From NCBI GenBank assembly GCA_965222375.1, contig CBDCTZ010000016.1, positions 2,752,001 through 2,816,000 on the forward strand: a DNA stretch of 64,000 nucleotides. Direction: 5' to 3'. Below are positions 19,222 to 29,522 of this stretch, in pieces. This DNA is from Polyangiaceae bacterium. Its GTDB lineage: Bacteria; Myxococcota_A; Polyangia; Polyangiales; Polyangiaceae. Numbering within the stretch: the stretch's first letter is position 1; each line of letters begins with the position of its first letter. Made by a program: the position numbers and the translations under genes. The notes under the pieces are model-generated. The model was not told the DNA's origin. It did no database searches and was given only the letters and a program-made list of their open reading frames with translations.

Positions 19222-19358
19222 GGTGTCAACCAGTGCGCGACACCGCGTCAACTTGGCGCTGTCACTTCCGGTGGGATATTTGCCTACCTGTCGCAGGTTT
19301 TTCCTCTGGCCCGCGGCATGCAAGCAGCGCCAGTATCATCCACGATAGGAGACTCGAG

Positions 19359-20585
19359 ATGTTGCTGCGAACCGCCTCAGTTGTAGTCGTCATGTCGTCC
19401 GTACTTGGCTGCGGCTCGGACAGCGGAGATGGTGCTGCGGGGGCAGCCGGTAGTGGAGCATCGGCCGGCGCGAGCGGTTCGAGCTCCGGTGGCAGTGGCG
19501 CGCTGGCGGGCAGTGCCGGCGCCTCAGGAAGTGGCGGCAGCGCTGGCTCCGGGGGCGCCGTGAGTTCGGGTGGCTCTGCTGGCAGCGCGGGCGCTGCAGG
19601 TGCCGGGGGATCGGCGGGTGCTGCAACCGGCGGGACGGGTGGCACCGGCGGCGCACCACCGACGTGCACCCTCAAGGCCTCCGGCGCCGTCACAGTGACC
19701 AAGGACGGTCAGATCGTGGAGAACCTGCGCATCACGTCCAACAGCGGCAATGCCATCACCGTCAGCGGCCACAAGAAGGTCGTGATTCGCAACGTCGAGA
19801 TCCTGCACAAAGGGGGGCCGGGCATCCACATCTCGAACTCCGACGACATCGTGATCGAGAATGTGTCCATCGAGCACACCGGAGCTCCCGCGAGCGGCAA
19901 GAATCCGAGCGACAACCTGAACAACATCCAGTGCTACCAATCGGCGCGGCCGCGAGTGACCAATGCTCGGCTATCCCGTGGCTCGAGCGGCGTGTACCTC
20001 GTGCAGTGCCCCGACAGCACCTTGCAGCAGCTCGAGGGCCACGACTTCCGCGGGCCGTTCCCCCGAGGGCAATTGGTGCAATGGGACAAGTCGGACAATG
20101 GACTCCTGGAGGACTTCTCCGTCATCAACCCGTCAAGCTCCTGGCCCGAGGACAATGTGAATGTCTTTCAGTCGAAGAACGTGACGGTGCGTCGCGGCAT
20201 GATCGACGGCAACAACTCTCCGTCCGGCGTGGGCGTCATCTTTGACGGTGGCCCAAGTACGGGTCTGGTCGAAGACGTGGACGCCATCCGCATGGGCAAC
20301 GGCTGCTTCTCCGACTACGACGGTGGGCCCGGAGTCGTTTTCCGACGCACCCGCTGTCGCGAAAACATCTGCGGCGACCAGGGCCGCGGCAAGCCGCTAT
20401 CCAATGCGCTGATGTGGACGGGCCATACCAACCACACCGATCTGAAAATCGAGCAAAGCGAATATTTCAAGGCCTGCAACCCGGGCAACTTGGTGTGGCC
20501 TCAGGCGTCGTTCTCCGTGGTGGACCTCAAGGAGAATGACTTCACCATGCGCAAGCCCATCTCCCACAAGTTCTGTTGGCAGTAG
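19359..20585 (+). CDS. Lipoprotein with right-handed parallel beta-helix (pectin-lyase-like) domain
   Basis: VLGC lipobox, Gly/Ser/Ala linker, repeated Asn-ladder strands (IVENLRI, VIRNVEI, IVIENVSI); AGGAG Shine-Dalgarno. Confidence 0.8.
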   Translation: MLLRTASVVVVMSSVLGCGSDSGDGAAGAAGSGASAGASGSSSGGSGALAGSAGASGSGGSAGSGGAVSSGGSAGSAGAAGAGGSAGAATGGTGGTGGAPPTCTLKASGAVTVTKDGQIVENLRITSNSGNAITVSGHKKVVIRNVEILHKGGPGIHISNSDDIVIENVSIEHTGAPASGKNPSDNLNNIQCYQSARPRVTNARLSRGSSGVYLVQCPDSTLQQLEGHDFRGPFPRGQLVQWDKSDNGLLEDFSVINPSSSWPEDNVNVFQSKNVTVRRGMIDGNNSPSGVGVIFDGGPSTGLVEDVDAIRMGNGCFSDYDGGPGVVFRRTRCRENICGDQGRGKPLSNALMWTGHTNHTDLKIEQSEYFKACNPGNLVWPQASFSVVDLKENDFTMRKPISHKFCWQ

Positions 20586-20656
20586 GGGTGCCCACCCCCC
20601 ATCCGTCCTCGGCGCCTGCGGCGCCTGTGGGCGGTGGCCCCTCCCAAATGCCGACT

Positions 20657-20856
20657 ATGAGGCGGCGTCAGGTCGTGGTGAGTGGTCGATTCATCACCGA
20701 TTTTGCGGCTACCACGCAGACCGTGTTCATGCGGACGCTCGCCGCGACCGGATCCTTCGCCGGGCGGGCTGGCGCGTGTTGCGCCTCCCGGCGGCGCTCG
20801 TCATCCACGCTCCGGGTGAAGCAGTCACCGCGGTGCGTCGGGCGCTCCGCGACTGA
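20657..20856 (+). pseudogene. DUF559/Vsr-like endonuclease remnant
   Basis: RRQVVV.GRFITDF in one frame, then GYH....DARRDRILRRAGWRVLR in another; the intervening IVEVDG segment is missing. Confidence 0.7.
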
Positions 20857-20917
20857 GCGGGCGCTCCGCTCCGCACCTCAGCGATCGGGAAGGCAGCCGG
20901 CGCGACGTCGCGCAACC

Positions 20918-21669
20918 CTAGTGACCGCGTTGGGCCAGGTCGTAGGCTAGGTTGCGGTAGAAGCGGATGTAGTCGAAGCCGGTGTGTTTGTCGGGGCGCT
21001 TGTCGTTGATCTGTCCGACTTGGTCGAGGTGATCCGCCGGGATGCATCCCAGAAACTCGCCCCACTTGGCGCTCTCTACAGTGGCTACGCCGTCGTTCGG
21101 GCGCAGCTCCGTGCCGTGGGCCACGAAGACAGCGCCACCAACCAGCAGCGCGTCCATGCGATCACGGCGGTTCTCGTGCCAATGGGTCTTCACCTCTCCG
21201 GCGGCATTGCGGCAGGCATCCGTGACTTTGCTGGGCTTGGGGTGGGGGAGGCCACCGACGAAGCTGACTCCGGCCCAGGACATGTATTCCACTGCCGGGT
21301 GATCGACGATGGCCTGATTGAAGCTCGCTGAGTTCTTTTCACTCATGGCTTCAAAGGCGGCGACGATATGGCTGTCTTCCGCCACTTCGCTGAAGGTCTT
21401 TCCGTACAATGTTGCTAGCCAGTCAACGGCCTTGGACTTGTCGGATCCTGGCAGCACTTTCGTCGCGATGTCCGCAGCGTAGGAGCCGCGGTGCGGACTG
21501 GAGATCGTGGTGATGGAGGCGATTTGATCGCCACGATTCAGACCGGCCGGGCTCGCCAAGTAGCGACAGTCTGGGCCCCCAGCTGAAAAGCAAACCAGGT
21601 TGACCTTGCTGGCTCCGGACTTCGCGAGCACACCAGAACTCCAAGCCAACCCCCTCGCGCGCGCGTCAT
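20918..21669 (-). pseudogene. Triacylglycerol lipase/esterase with internal deletion
   Basis: C-terminal half has KVNLVCFSAGG, SPHRGS, NDGV and DHLDQVG. The ATG at 21669 (MTRARGGWLGVLVC) is out of frame and the oxyanion-hole region is missing. Confidence 0.7.
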
Positions 21670-21796
21670 GCCGCCAGTCTGCGTCAGGGCACGTCTCACG
21701 TCACCCCCACTTGGCCGGAAATGGCCGTGCGTTCATGCACGACGGTTTTCCGGGGTTGCACGTCTCGTGGCCATCGAGGCTAGGTTGGGGCGGCAC

Positions 21797-22666
21797 ATGC
21801 AAGCCTGGCCAAAGAAGACCGTTCGAGTGGTTGCGACGGGTGCTGTCGCCATCGCTCTGGTCTTGGCCGTCGCGGCGGCCGTGATCGTGTCGCCAAAGGC
21901 GTCTGCTGTCGGGCCCATGGTCGGTATCGCGCTCTACTTCGTCTTCACCCTGAAGTACCGGAAGCGGCGCAGGCTCGTGCGAGAGCCATTCCCGGAAGAC
22001 TGGCGACAATGTCTGGAACGCCGGGTGCCGTACTACGCTCGGCTGGATGCAGATGGGCGCCGACGCTTCCAGGACGACGTGCGCATCTTCTTGTCGGAGC
22101 AACGGATCTTCGCTGACCACGGCGCGGTGATCGATGACGAGACCCGACTGCTGATCGCGTCCTCAGCCGCCATGTTGGCCCATGGCTTGCCGCACTGGGA
22201 GTGGCCTAACCTGCGGGATATCGTGGTCTACCCGCGGGCCTTCGACGACAAGTACGCTCAGAGTGATCACGCTGACGTGGCGGGCATGGTGCACGCGCAA
22301 GGCCCCATTTTGTTTTCTCAGCGCCAGCTGCGCATGGGTTTCTCCAAGCTCGATGGGCACAACGTGGGCCTGCACGAACTCGCCCACGTGATGGATTTCG
22401 AGGACGGGCGCGCCGATGGCGTTCCAGGAGATCTCGGCTGGGTGTCCACGGCGCCCTGGGTCAAGATGGTGAAGAACCGCCTTGCTAGGCAGCGCCGACG
22501 CCAAGGGGGAGTGCTTCGTGCCTACGCTGGCACGAACGAAGCGGAGCTATTCGCCGTCGCCGTCGAGAACTTCTTCGAGCGCCCCAAACAGCTCGAAGCC
22601 ACGGATCCGAAGCTGTATCGCATGCTGGCCGACTACTTCCGCCAGGACCCGGCCGCACAGGAATAG
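21797..22666 (+). CDS. M90 (MtfA-like) zinc peptidase with N-terminal TM segments
   Basis: IVVYP, DGHNVGLHELAHVMD, ADGVP, YAGTNEAELFAVAVENFFE. Confidence 0.9.
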   Translation: MQAWPKKTVRVVATGAVAIALVLAVAAAVIVSPKASAVGPMVGIALYFVFTLKYRKRRRLVREPFPEDWRQCLERRVPYYARLDADGRRRFQDDVRIFLSEQRIFADHGAVIDDETRLLIASSAAMLAHGLPHWEWPNLRDIVVYPRAFDDKYAQSDHADVAGMVHAQGPILFSQRQLRMGFSKLDGHNVGLHELAHVMDFEDGRADGVPGDLGWVSTAPWVKMVKNRLARQRRRQGGVLRAYAGTNEAELFAVAVENFFERPKQLEATDPKLYRMLADYFRQDPAAQE

Positions 22667-22679
22667 ATGGCGAGCCCTG

Positions 22680-24020
22680 TCACGGCTGTACGCCGATGCT
22701 GCCGACGATGTTTTCCACTCCAGCACCGAAATCGAGGCGATCGACATCGGTCGGGGCCCCGGATTTTTCGAAGCGCACCTGGCGCACGCCTGTGACTTCT
22801 GCCACGAGCACCGTGCCCGTCAGCGCGCCGCGGCGGATCTGCACCATGTCCACGGGTATCTGCGGAGTGCCCGCAGCATAGCTCAGCTCTTTGAACGAAT
22901 AGGGGGCCGTGGCGTTCTTCGAGTGGTGACTCAGCACGAACAGTGCGCTTCCGAACCCGCTGCTGACGAGGGCAGTGTTGTTGAAGGGGCTCGTTTCGAT
23001 GTCCGCTGGGTCCTCGATGGGTGTGACTTCTTGCACTGCCTTCAAGGCGTTGCCATCGAGCTCGACGACTGCGACGCGGTTCTTGACCGAGGAAAACCCG
23101 CTGTTGTCACCGACGAGGACGTACCTCTCGTCTTGGGTGACCGCAAGATTGGAGATGATTGGGGTGTCTTTGCCGAAAGCGGTCGTGCTGGTGATCACAT
23201 TGGGCGGGTTCGACCAATCCACCAAGTGAACGTGCTGGTCGAAGGGGCTAGCGAGCAGATCGTGCGCTGGGACCACCGCTCGGCTGCCGCTGAGGAATGC
23301 CAGACCTTGGGGCAGCTTGCCTGGCGCGATCATTCCGGCGTCGGTGACTTTGTCGTTGCAGTCCACGTCCAAGGCGTAGATCCCACCTCCAATGTTTCGC
23401 CATTCCGCGTCGATGACGTAGACGCGATTGCCGGCTTCATTCATCACCAACTTGGAAGCGTAGAACGCGCCAGAGAATCCTGCGTGCAACACTGTTATCG
23501 CGCCCTGGGGCTCCACCCGGAAAACGCCCACGGTGCCCTTCTCGGTGGCAACGAAACCGAGTTTGCCATCCGGCGTAAAGACGATCTCCCCGGTCGTACT
23601 GCGACCCATGGAGAAGTTCGTCCCGGTTTTGGTCAAGCTGCCGTTGCTCTCGAGGCGCAGCACTTCGTACTCACCGAGAGGCTTCTGGTTCGCATCGTAG
23701 GTGTGGCTGACGACGACGACGCGGTCGCCGTCCGGCGGCCCTGGTGTTCGCACGCAGCTTCCGGCATCTCCGGTCGTGCCGCCGCTGCCCGAGCTGCCCG
23801 CGCTTCCACCCGAAGCGGTGCCCGCGTTGCCGCCGGTCCCCGCGTCCTGCCCAAACGCCCCAGAGCCACCTGATCCGGCTGCGCCGGAGCTGCCCCCCGC
23901 GGCCTTGGCGCCAGTGCCGCCACCATCGTCGTCGCTGCCGCACCCCGCGGCCCCGGTGCACAATGCTCCGGCCAGAATGGCACCTAGAAAGCTCAAGGAC
24001 GAGAAGCTGCGCTGGCTCAT
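22680..24020 (-). CDS. Lipoprotein with lactonase-like beta-propeller
   Basis: AAGC lipobox, Gly linker, blades such as FTPDGKLGFVA and VTQDERYVLVG. Confidence 0.75.
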   Translation of the reverse strand: MSQRSFSSLSFLGAILAGALCTGAAGCGSDDDGGGTGAKAAGGSSGAAGSGGSGAFGQDAGTGGNAGTASGGSAGSSGSGGTTGDAGSCVRTPGPPDGDRVVVVSHTYDANQKPLGEYEVLRLESNGSLTKTGTNFSMGRSTTGEIVFTPDGKLGFVATEKGTVGVFRVEPQGAITVLHAGFSGAFYASKLVMNEAGNRVYVIDAEWRNIGGGIYALDVDCNDKVTDAGMIAPGKLPQGLAFLSGSRAVVPAHDLLASPFDQHVHLVDWSNPPNVITSTTAFGKDTPIISNLAVTQDERYVLVGDNSGFSSVKNRVAVVELDGNALKAVQEVTPIEDPADIETSPFNNTALVSSGFGSALFVLSHHSKNATAPYSFKELSYAAGTPQIPVDMVQIRRGALTGTVLVAEVTGVRQVRFEKSGAPTDVDRLDFGAGVENIVGSIGVQP

Positions 24021-24129
24021 GGCAGCACGGGCTAGCACGCGACGCCTTCGCTGCAAAGGGCACCGTTGCGCTGGCGCTCAGTCGCGCGCACAATCCCCAG
24101 TTCAGACACTCCTTGGCCGTGAGACAACT

Positions 24130-25437
24130 TCACTGCGCTGAGCTGAAAAGCGGCGTTTGGTGGAGCGCTTCCCGCACCTGAGTCGCTTCCTCGCTACTCT
24201 CGTAGAAAACCAGCTGACGCCCCAGGTTTTGCTGCGCTTGCTTCGTCACCACGTTGACGAGCCCACCCTCGGCCAGGGCAGCGGCGCCGTCCTGCTTTGC
24301 ATTGGATGCCAACTCCGTCGCGGTCGCGACTGCGCGCCGAGCCTTCTTGCTGTAGTCCACGGCCTGCTCGAGGGTGGCGCGTAGCCCAGTGGCTTCCGGG
24401 ACGAAGCCAAGCGCGAGTTCCAAGAACCCCAAGTAGTCGCCGTCGCCGCGCCAAAGCCGGAGGATTTGTTTGTAGATGGCGGATGTGGGCAACCCCGTAA
24501 CCTGGTCGATGAGCGTCAGGAATTGGCCGATGACATCCAACCGCTCCTGCTGCACCCGCAGCCAAGCGATGTACTCCGGGCTCGCCATGATCTCCCGGCG
24601 GCGATTTGCAGCGGCAGCCAGTGCGCGCTGCCGCTCTTTGCCTTCGGGATAGGCAGTGCTTGCGGCGTGGACAGCCGCGGTATCACGCTCCACGGCGAGC
24701 AGAACTTTCTCTAGGTTTTGAGCAAGGCTCAGGGATCCGGAGTCTGCCGCGCGTGCGGTGAGCCCCGTGGCCACCAGAGACGCTTCGAGGCGCCGCAGGC
24801 GAGCGGCGTCTGCGTCCAAGCGTTCGAGCAGGAGGCTCAGCACCACCTGGTAGTCGGAGGCGCTGACCTGATAGGGCAACTCGAAGGGTAGCTTGCCGCC
24901 GGCCTCCAGAGTCGTCAGCTGTCGGCAGAGACGGAATTGTTCGAGCCGCCCCGCATCCACGGCGTGACGTACTTTGCCGACCGAGTGCAGCAGCTTTCCG
25001 AGGGCACCGTCCAAGGCGCGCACTTCTTCGTAGTCGCGCTGAATGTGATCTCGGGCTTGTTTCCAGATCCGCGCTGCTTCGTCGCGCTGCTCCTGGCTCA
25101 TCTCGGCGGTGAAAGTGAGGCGCTCCGGCATGTCACGCTCTACGCGAAATCCCGAAGCGTCCTCGGACACCCGAACCCAAAAGGGCACTTCACGCAGTTG
25201 GAGCGCATGCAGAGCTGCAACGCCACGTTTGGCAAGGACCTGGCGCGCGGTAAGACCCTCCTGTTCGGCGCCCGATTCCACGCGCTGGTGCGCCTGCGCA
25301 TAGTGGGTGTACGCGCCCTTGACCCATCCCTGACCATAGAGATGCGCGAGGGGCGTTTCCGGTTTCTTCTGCACGCAGCTGCCGGCGGCCAGCGCTATGC
25401 CCCCGAGGGCGAAGCTTCGCCGCGACAGCTCGCTCAT
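24130..25437 (-). CDS. Hypothetical helical protein, putative Tat-exported lipoprotein
   Basis: SRRSF twin-arginine motif followed by AGSC; ATGA coupling to the upstream gene. Confidence 0.65.
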   Translation of the reverse strand: MSELSRRSFALGGIALAAGSCVQKKPETPLAHLYGQGWVKGAYTHYAQAHQRVESGAEQEGLTARQVLAKRGVAALHALQLREVPFWVRVSEDASGFRVERDMPERLTFTAEMSQEQRDEAARIWKQARDHIQRDYEEVRALDGALGKLLHSVGKVRHAVDAGRLEQFRLCRQLTTLEAGGKLPFELPYQVSASDYQVVLSLLLERLDADAARLRRLEASLVATGLTARAADSGSLSLAQNLEKVLLAVERDTAAVHAASTAYPEGKERQRALAAAANRRREIMASPEYIAWLRVQQERLDVIGQFLTLIDQVTGLPTSAIYKQILRLWRGDGDYLGFLELALGFVPEATGLRATLEQAVDYSKKARRAVATATELASNAKQDGAAALAEGGLVNVVTKQAQQNLGRQLVFYESSEEATQVREALHQTPLFSSAQ

Positions 25438-26621
25438 GGCTCGAGGACCGTGATGCCGCTTAGCCCCGAGAACTTCGACGACACGTCTTCGGATCGGCTG
25501 CCCGCGCTGCCGGGTGGACCGTTGCTGCCGGCGCTGCCGACCTGGCCCTCGCTGCCTTCTCCTCCGTCCGTGCCCCGCGCGCCGCTACCAAAGCCGCTAC
25601 CGCCGCTGCCCGCGCGACCTCCCAGCCCTGCATTGCCGGGCGGGCCCCCGCGCCCGCCGGAGACGTCTAGCTCGATGCGCTGTGCCAGGTCCGAGAAGCG
25701 CGAGTCCACCACAAGATCAATGGCGCCACCGGCGCCGCCATTGCCGCCAGCAGCGCCGTTACCTCCAGCGGCGCCATTGGCTCCGTTGCCCCCAGGATTG
25801 CCACTGCCGCCGTCGCCGCCGTCGCCGCCGCGGCCGCCGTTGCCCCCCGGGCCGCCGTCGCCGCCTCGCGCGTAGAGTGTGAGCTTCGCATCCGGATGGG
25901 CGAGCACGAAGTCGCGAGTCGGGCCCTCGACCACCACCGCGATCAGGCGATCGTAGAAGCCAGTCTTGACGTAGGTGGCGTAGGCTGTCAGCCGCGGCCC
26001 GGCGCCACCACTCGATCCGGGCGCACCACTGCCTCCTGCGCGCCCATCGCTGCCAGGGCCGCCCGCCGAATCGCTGGACCCGGTGCTGCCATCGCTGCCC
26101 GGAGTCCCATCTTGCCCGTGGTTTCCGGGCGTGCCTCGCGAACCCTCGCCACCCACCGCGCTAATGCAGCGGTAGTCCGGCTTGTAGGTCGTTTTGAAGG
26201 TGAACTTGTCGGGCCGACGTCGGTACGCTGTCGTGATTTCGAATTCACGAGAAAGTGTGGCCAGCAGATCGCGGTTTGGCGAGAACCGACCTTCCTGGTC
26301 GAAGCGACCTTGCTCGCTATGAAAGGCGAATTCGTCGAACTCGAGCTTGTCATTGCGATTGGCGCTGCTGTCGCCATGCCAGGTTTCCAGCTTCTTGGGA
26401 ACGGTTTCGCCCGCCAGCAGCACATCGGCGAAGACCGCCATTTGCACCGTCTCTCGAGGGCATATTGTTTTTTCGGTCTTGCGAATGTCGACGCTCATGG
26501 CTTTCACTTGAGCGCCTTCCAAGCTGACAGTGTTCCTACCCGCAAGCGCTCGCAGAGCACCGCAGCCGCCAATGGACAGGCTCAGGCCGAGCGCGAGCGT
26601 GAGGCGTCCCAGCACAATCAT
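25434..26621 (-). CDS. Collagen-like (Gly-X-Y repeat) lipoprotein
   Basis: IGGC lipobox, globular N-domain, three blocks of G-X-Y triplets separated by short beta segments. Confidence 0.75.
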   Translation of the reverse strand: MIVLGRLTLALGLSLSIGGCGALRALAGRNTVSLEGAQVKAMSVDIRKTEKTICPRETVQMAVFADVLLAGETVPKKLETWHGDSSANRNDKLEFDEFAFHSEQGRFDQEGRFSPNRDLLATLSREFEITTAYRRRPDKFTFKTTYKPDYRCISAVGGEGSRGTPGNHGQDGTPGSDGSTGSSDSAGGPGSDGRAGGSGAPGSSGGAGPRLTAYATYVKTGFYDRLIAVVVEGPTRDFVLAHPDAKLTLYARGGDGGPGGNGGRGGDGGDGGSGNPGGNGANGAAGGNGAAGGNGGAGGAIDLVVDSRFSDLAQRIELDVSGGRGGPPGNAGLGGRAGSGGSGFGSGARGTDGGEGSEGQVGSAGSNGPPGSAGSRSEDVSSKFSGLSGITVLEP

Positions 26622-26783
26622 GACAGTGCGCGAGTAATCACCGTCTCCAACGCGGACGCAAGTTGCGGCCGTGCGGACTAGCTGCGGCAGTGTCGGGTTG
26701 CGGGATTGCCGCACTCTCGACGGTATATTCCCCACCGGAAGCAGCGCGGCGAGCCCCCTCGGCGCATGGCTGTGCTTTAGTCT

Positions 26784-27848
26784 GTGGTCGTGCGCAGGCT
26801 AGCTGTTCTCGTCCTGACTCTAGCGACTCCGCTCCGAGCCGAAGAATCGGGGCAGCCCACGCGTTTTCATTCTACGTTGCGAGCGCCGGAGGGCTGCCCG
26901 ACAGTCTCCGAATTTGCCGCCGGGATCTCGGGCCGTACTCAGTTGGCAGCCCCCGTCGCGACTGCAGCCCAGGCCGACCTGGTGCTGTTTGTTACCGTGA
27001 CCCCAGGTGGCAAGCAGCTCGTCGGTCGCCTGTCGCTTCGCTGGCCGGATGCGGGCAGAACTGCACGGCGTGAAGTAGCCGGTGCCTCTTGCGGGGAGGT
27101 CTTGGATGCACTCGCTTTCGTGGCCGCACTCGCCATCGACCCGAGGGCCCAAGCCACAGCAAGCGACCCAAACCTCGAGCCCGAAACAAAGGCGCCGGAG
27201 CCGGCGACGCTGCCGCCCGCCGAGCGGACTCCCGCCGACACCCCGCGAAGCGAAGGAACCGCATTGCTCACACGGCCAATCGTGTCGCCGTCGACCCCGG
27301 CCTCCACCTCCCGCTGGTATGGGTTGCTGGGAGTTACCGCTGAGCTCGGGACCGCCAGCTCGGGTCCGGCGCCGCTGTTCGGCTTTCGATTTGGCGGCGG
27401 CCTTGGCTATCAACTGAGTGTTGTTGCTGTGGAGGGCGTGGTGGAGGGGGTGCGTCGCAGGGCGCAGGCGGAAGTGGAGGGCTCGGGACAGGCAACGCTG
27501 ACCCTGCTTGCCGCGCGTGTGGGGCCGTGTATTCGGGCGCCGCTCACCGGGGACCTGAACTTGCGTGGCTGCGCGGCGGCGGAAATTGGCGCGCTATCGG
27601 CGGAGGCATCCGGAGTCGTCCGGGCCCAGTCTGCTTTACAGAGCTGGATTGGCTTGGGTGCCAGCGGCGGGCTGACCCTGAGTCTTGCCGAGAGCGTTCT
27701 GCTCGGACTGGAGGCCGGCTTGCTGCTGCCAACCCGGCGTGATCGCTTCGTTTTCGAGGACCGGGGCGGCGGCCAAGACGTTGAAGTGTTTCGTGCGCCT
27801 CAGCTCGCTGGTCAGGGAGCGTTTGCCTTGCAGGCGCGTTTTCCCTGA
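26784..27848 (+). CDS. Exported hypothetical protein with probable C-terminal beta-barrel
   Basis: Signal peptide, disulfide-bearing N-domain, Pro linker, amphipathic strands, near-terminal Phe; first gene of the ECF unit. Confidence 0.65.
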   Translation: MVVRRLAVLVLTLATPLRAEESGQPTRFHSTLRAPEGCPTVSEFAAGISGRTQLAAPVATAAQADLVLFVTVTPGGKQLVGRLSLRWPDAGRTARREVAGASCGEVLDALAFVAALAIDPRAQATASDPNLEPETKAPEPATLPPAERTPADTPRSEGTALLTRPIVSPSTPASTSRWYGLLGVTAELGTASSGPAPLFGFRFGGGLGYQLSVVAVEGVVEGVRRRAQAEVEGSGQATLTLLAARVGPCIRAPLTGDLNLRGCAAAEIGALSAEASGVVRAQSALQSWIGLGASGGLTLSLAESVLLGLEAGLLLPTRRDRFVFEDRGGGQDVEVFRAPQLAGQGAFALQARFP

Positions 27849-27874
27849 CAAGTTTCCGCATTCTCTCGGATTTC

Positions 27875-28510
27875 GTGATCGATTCGAGGCCGTGGCGGCC
27901 ATTATCCATTCAGGAGATGGAGGACGGTGCCGCAGCTCGAAGTCCAGCCGCCCGGGATTCCGGAGTGGAGCTGCTAGGTGCCCACCAGTCCCAGGATCGT
28001 CTGACCGAACTCGTCGCGGAGCAGTTCGACTTTGTCTGGCGGAATCTCCGACGCTTTGGGGTGCCCGAGGCGGACACCGACGATGCCACCCAAGACGTTT
28101 TCATGGTCGTTTCGCGCCGGATCGATGACATCGGGGTGGGCAAGGAGCGCGCGTTTCTCGTGAGTACAGCTCTGCGGGTTGCGTCCACGCGTCGTCGTAC
28201 GCGCGCACGTCGTCCGGAATCCCCAGAGGCTGAAATCGAAGACCGGCCTCAGGATGTAGAAACGCCGGAGGCGCTCACGGAAGCGCTTCAAGCAAGGCGG
28301 ACTCTGGACGTCATCTTGGACGGAATGCCTGATGAGCTCCGAGCGGCATTCGTCTTGTTCGAGCTCGAAGAACTCACCGCCCCCCAAATAGCTGATCTCT
28401 TGGCTATTCCGGTGGGTACCGTGGCGTCCCGCGTGCGTCGGGCCCGCGAGATCTTTCGCGCTGCGGCTGAACGCTTTCGGCGCAGCGCTTCCCGAGAGGT
28501 TGCAAAATGA
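27875..28510 (+). CDS. ECF RNA polymerase sigma-70 factor
   Basis: FVWRNLRRFGV, DDATQDVF, LRAAFVLFELE, IADLLAIPVGTVASRVRRAR; start may be ATG 27917. Confidence 0.92.
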   Translation: MIDSRPWRPLSIQEMEDGAAARSPAARDSGVELLGAHQSQDRLTELVAEQFDFVWRNLRRFGVPEADTDDATQDVFMVVSRRIDDIGVGKERAFLVSTALRVASTRRRTRARRPESPEAEIEDRPQDVETPEALTEALQARRTLDVILDGMPDELRAAFVLFELEELTAPQIADLLAIPVGTVASRVRRAREIFRAAAERFRRSASREVAK

Positions 28511-29469
28511 CCGAGCTGATTCCGTTGGCCCGCAGTGCCTCCGACGATTTCGAAAAGGAGTTGATTCGATCTGCGCGAACGGATGGCCCCGGGCCGGGCG
28601 CGAAGCTGAAGATGCTTGTCGCGTTTGGAGGCGGGGCTGCGGCAACCTCTGCGGCCGGCGTCGCTCAGGCTGCTGCTACGTCGGGTGCGGTCAAGGCTGC
28701 AGCGACGGGCTCCACGCTCGCGGCGGGGACTGCCGCCGCTGGCCACGGCGCCGTCGCGACGGGCGTCGGCAAGGTTGCGACGCTATCTCTGGTGAAGTGG
28801 CTCGGCGCCGGCGCTCTCGCGGGGACTTTGGTTTCAGCTGGAGCCACCGCTGTGATGCCCAGCCGCTCGACCGGTTCGGAGGTCGCGCGCCCCCGCGCGG
28901 CGGCCACAGCTGACGTTACTGAACCCGCCGCACCGTCCCGCCCTGCTGCGGGCGCGCTGGCCCAGGTGCCCGCACCAGAGCTCTCTGACGAGACTGCGGC
29001 TGACGATACGGTATCGCCAGTAGTGTCTGGCTCTCCCGCGGCCAAGGGAGACGTAGTTGCGGAGCTGAAGCTGCTCGATGAAGCGCGCAAGGCTGTCGCT
29101 TCCGGGGATCCGAAGGCTGCGCTCACGGCATTGGACACCCGGGACCGCAAGCACAGCCGGGGAGCGCTGGGCCCAGAGGCGGAAGTGCTGCGCGTGGAGG
29201 CGCTGTTTGCCGCTGGCGACAGGCGCGCCGCTGCCGCGCGAGCGAAGCGGTTTTTGCGCCAGCATCCGGGCAGCCCGCACGAAGGACGCGTGCGCACGCT
29301 CCTCTCGCGTATGAATGTGGTCAAGGTGCCGGCGGTTGTGCGCGGCACGGCGCCAAAGTCGGACCTGCCTGACAAGTCCGCATCGAGTAGCGCTTCCTTC
29401 GGGGCACCGAAGGCGGCAGAGGCGCAGCCCGAGACCAAGCCCAACACGGCGAAGTTCCCAGCACCGTGA
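28507..29469 (+). CDS. Putative transmembrane anti-sigma factor with TPR-like C-terminus
   Basis: ATGA-coupled to the sigma gene; Ala-rich region, one TM segment, ELKLLDEAR..EAEVLRVEAL..FLRQHPGSPH. Confidence 0.7.
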   Translation: MTELIPLARSASDDFEKELIRSARTDGPGPGAKLKMLVAFGGGAAATSAAGVAQAAATSGAVKAAATGSTLAAGTAAAGHGAVATGVGKVATLSLVKWLGAGALAGTLVSAGATAVMPSRSTGSEVARPRAAATADVTEPAAPSRPAAGALAQVPAPELSDETAADDTVSPVVSGSPAAKGDVVAELKLLDEARKAVASGDPKAALTALDTRDRKHSRGALGPEAEVLRVEALFAAGDRRAAAARAKRFLRQHPGSPHEGRVRTLLSRMNVVKVPAVVRGTAPKSDLPDKSASSSASFGAPKAAEAQPETKPNTAKFPAP

Positions 29470-29522
29470 TCGATTGTGATCGCTTGCCGTGTCGCTGGCC
29501 ATCACAGAGGTGAGGTGACGAC

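Noticed and set aside
19213..19265. CGAC..GTCA sequences as further operator copies
   Set aside because: Mismatched half-sites or wrong spacing, and no accompanying promoter homology
19430..19660. Gly/Ser/Ala low-complexity tracts as DNA repeats
   Set aside because: These are ordinary flexible linkers of lipoproteins in this lineage
22482..23873. Long antisense/shadow ORFs (also 2253-3257, 40647-41816, 50309-51349, 53668-55131)
   Set aside because: Antisense to motif-supported genes, no recognisable motifs, and expected in GC-rich DNA
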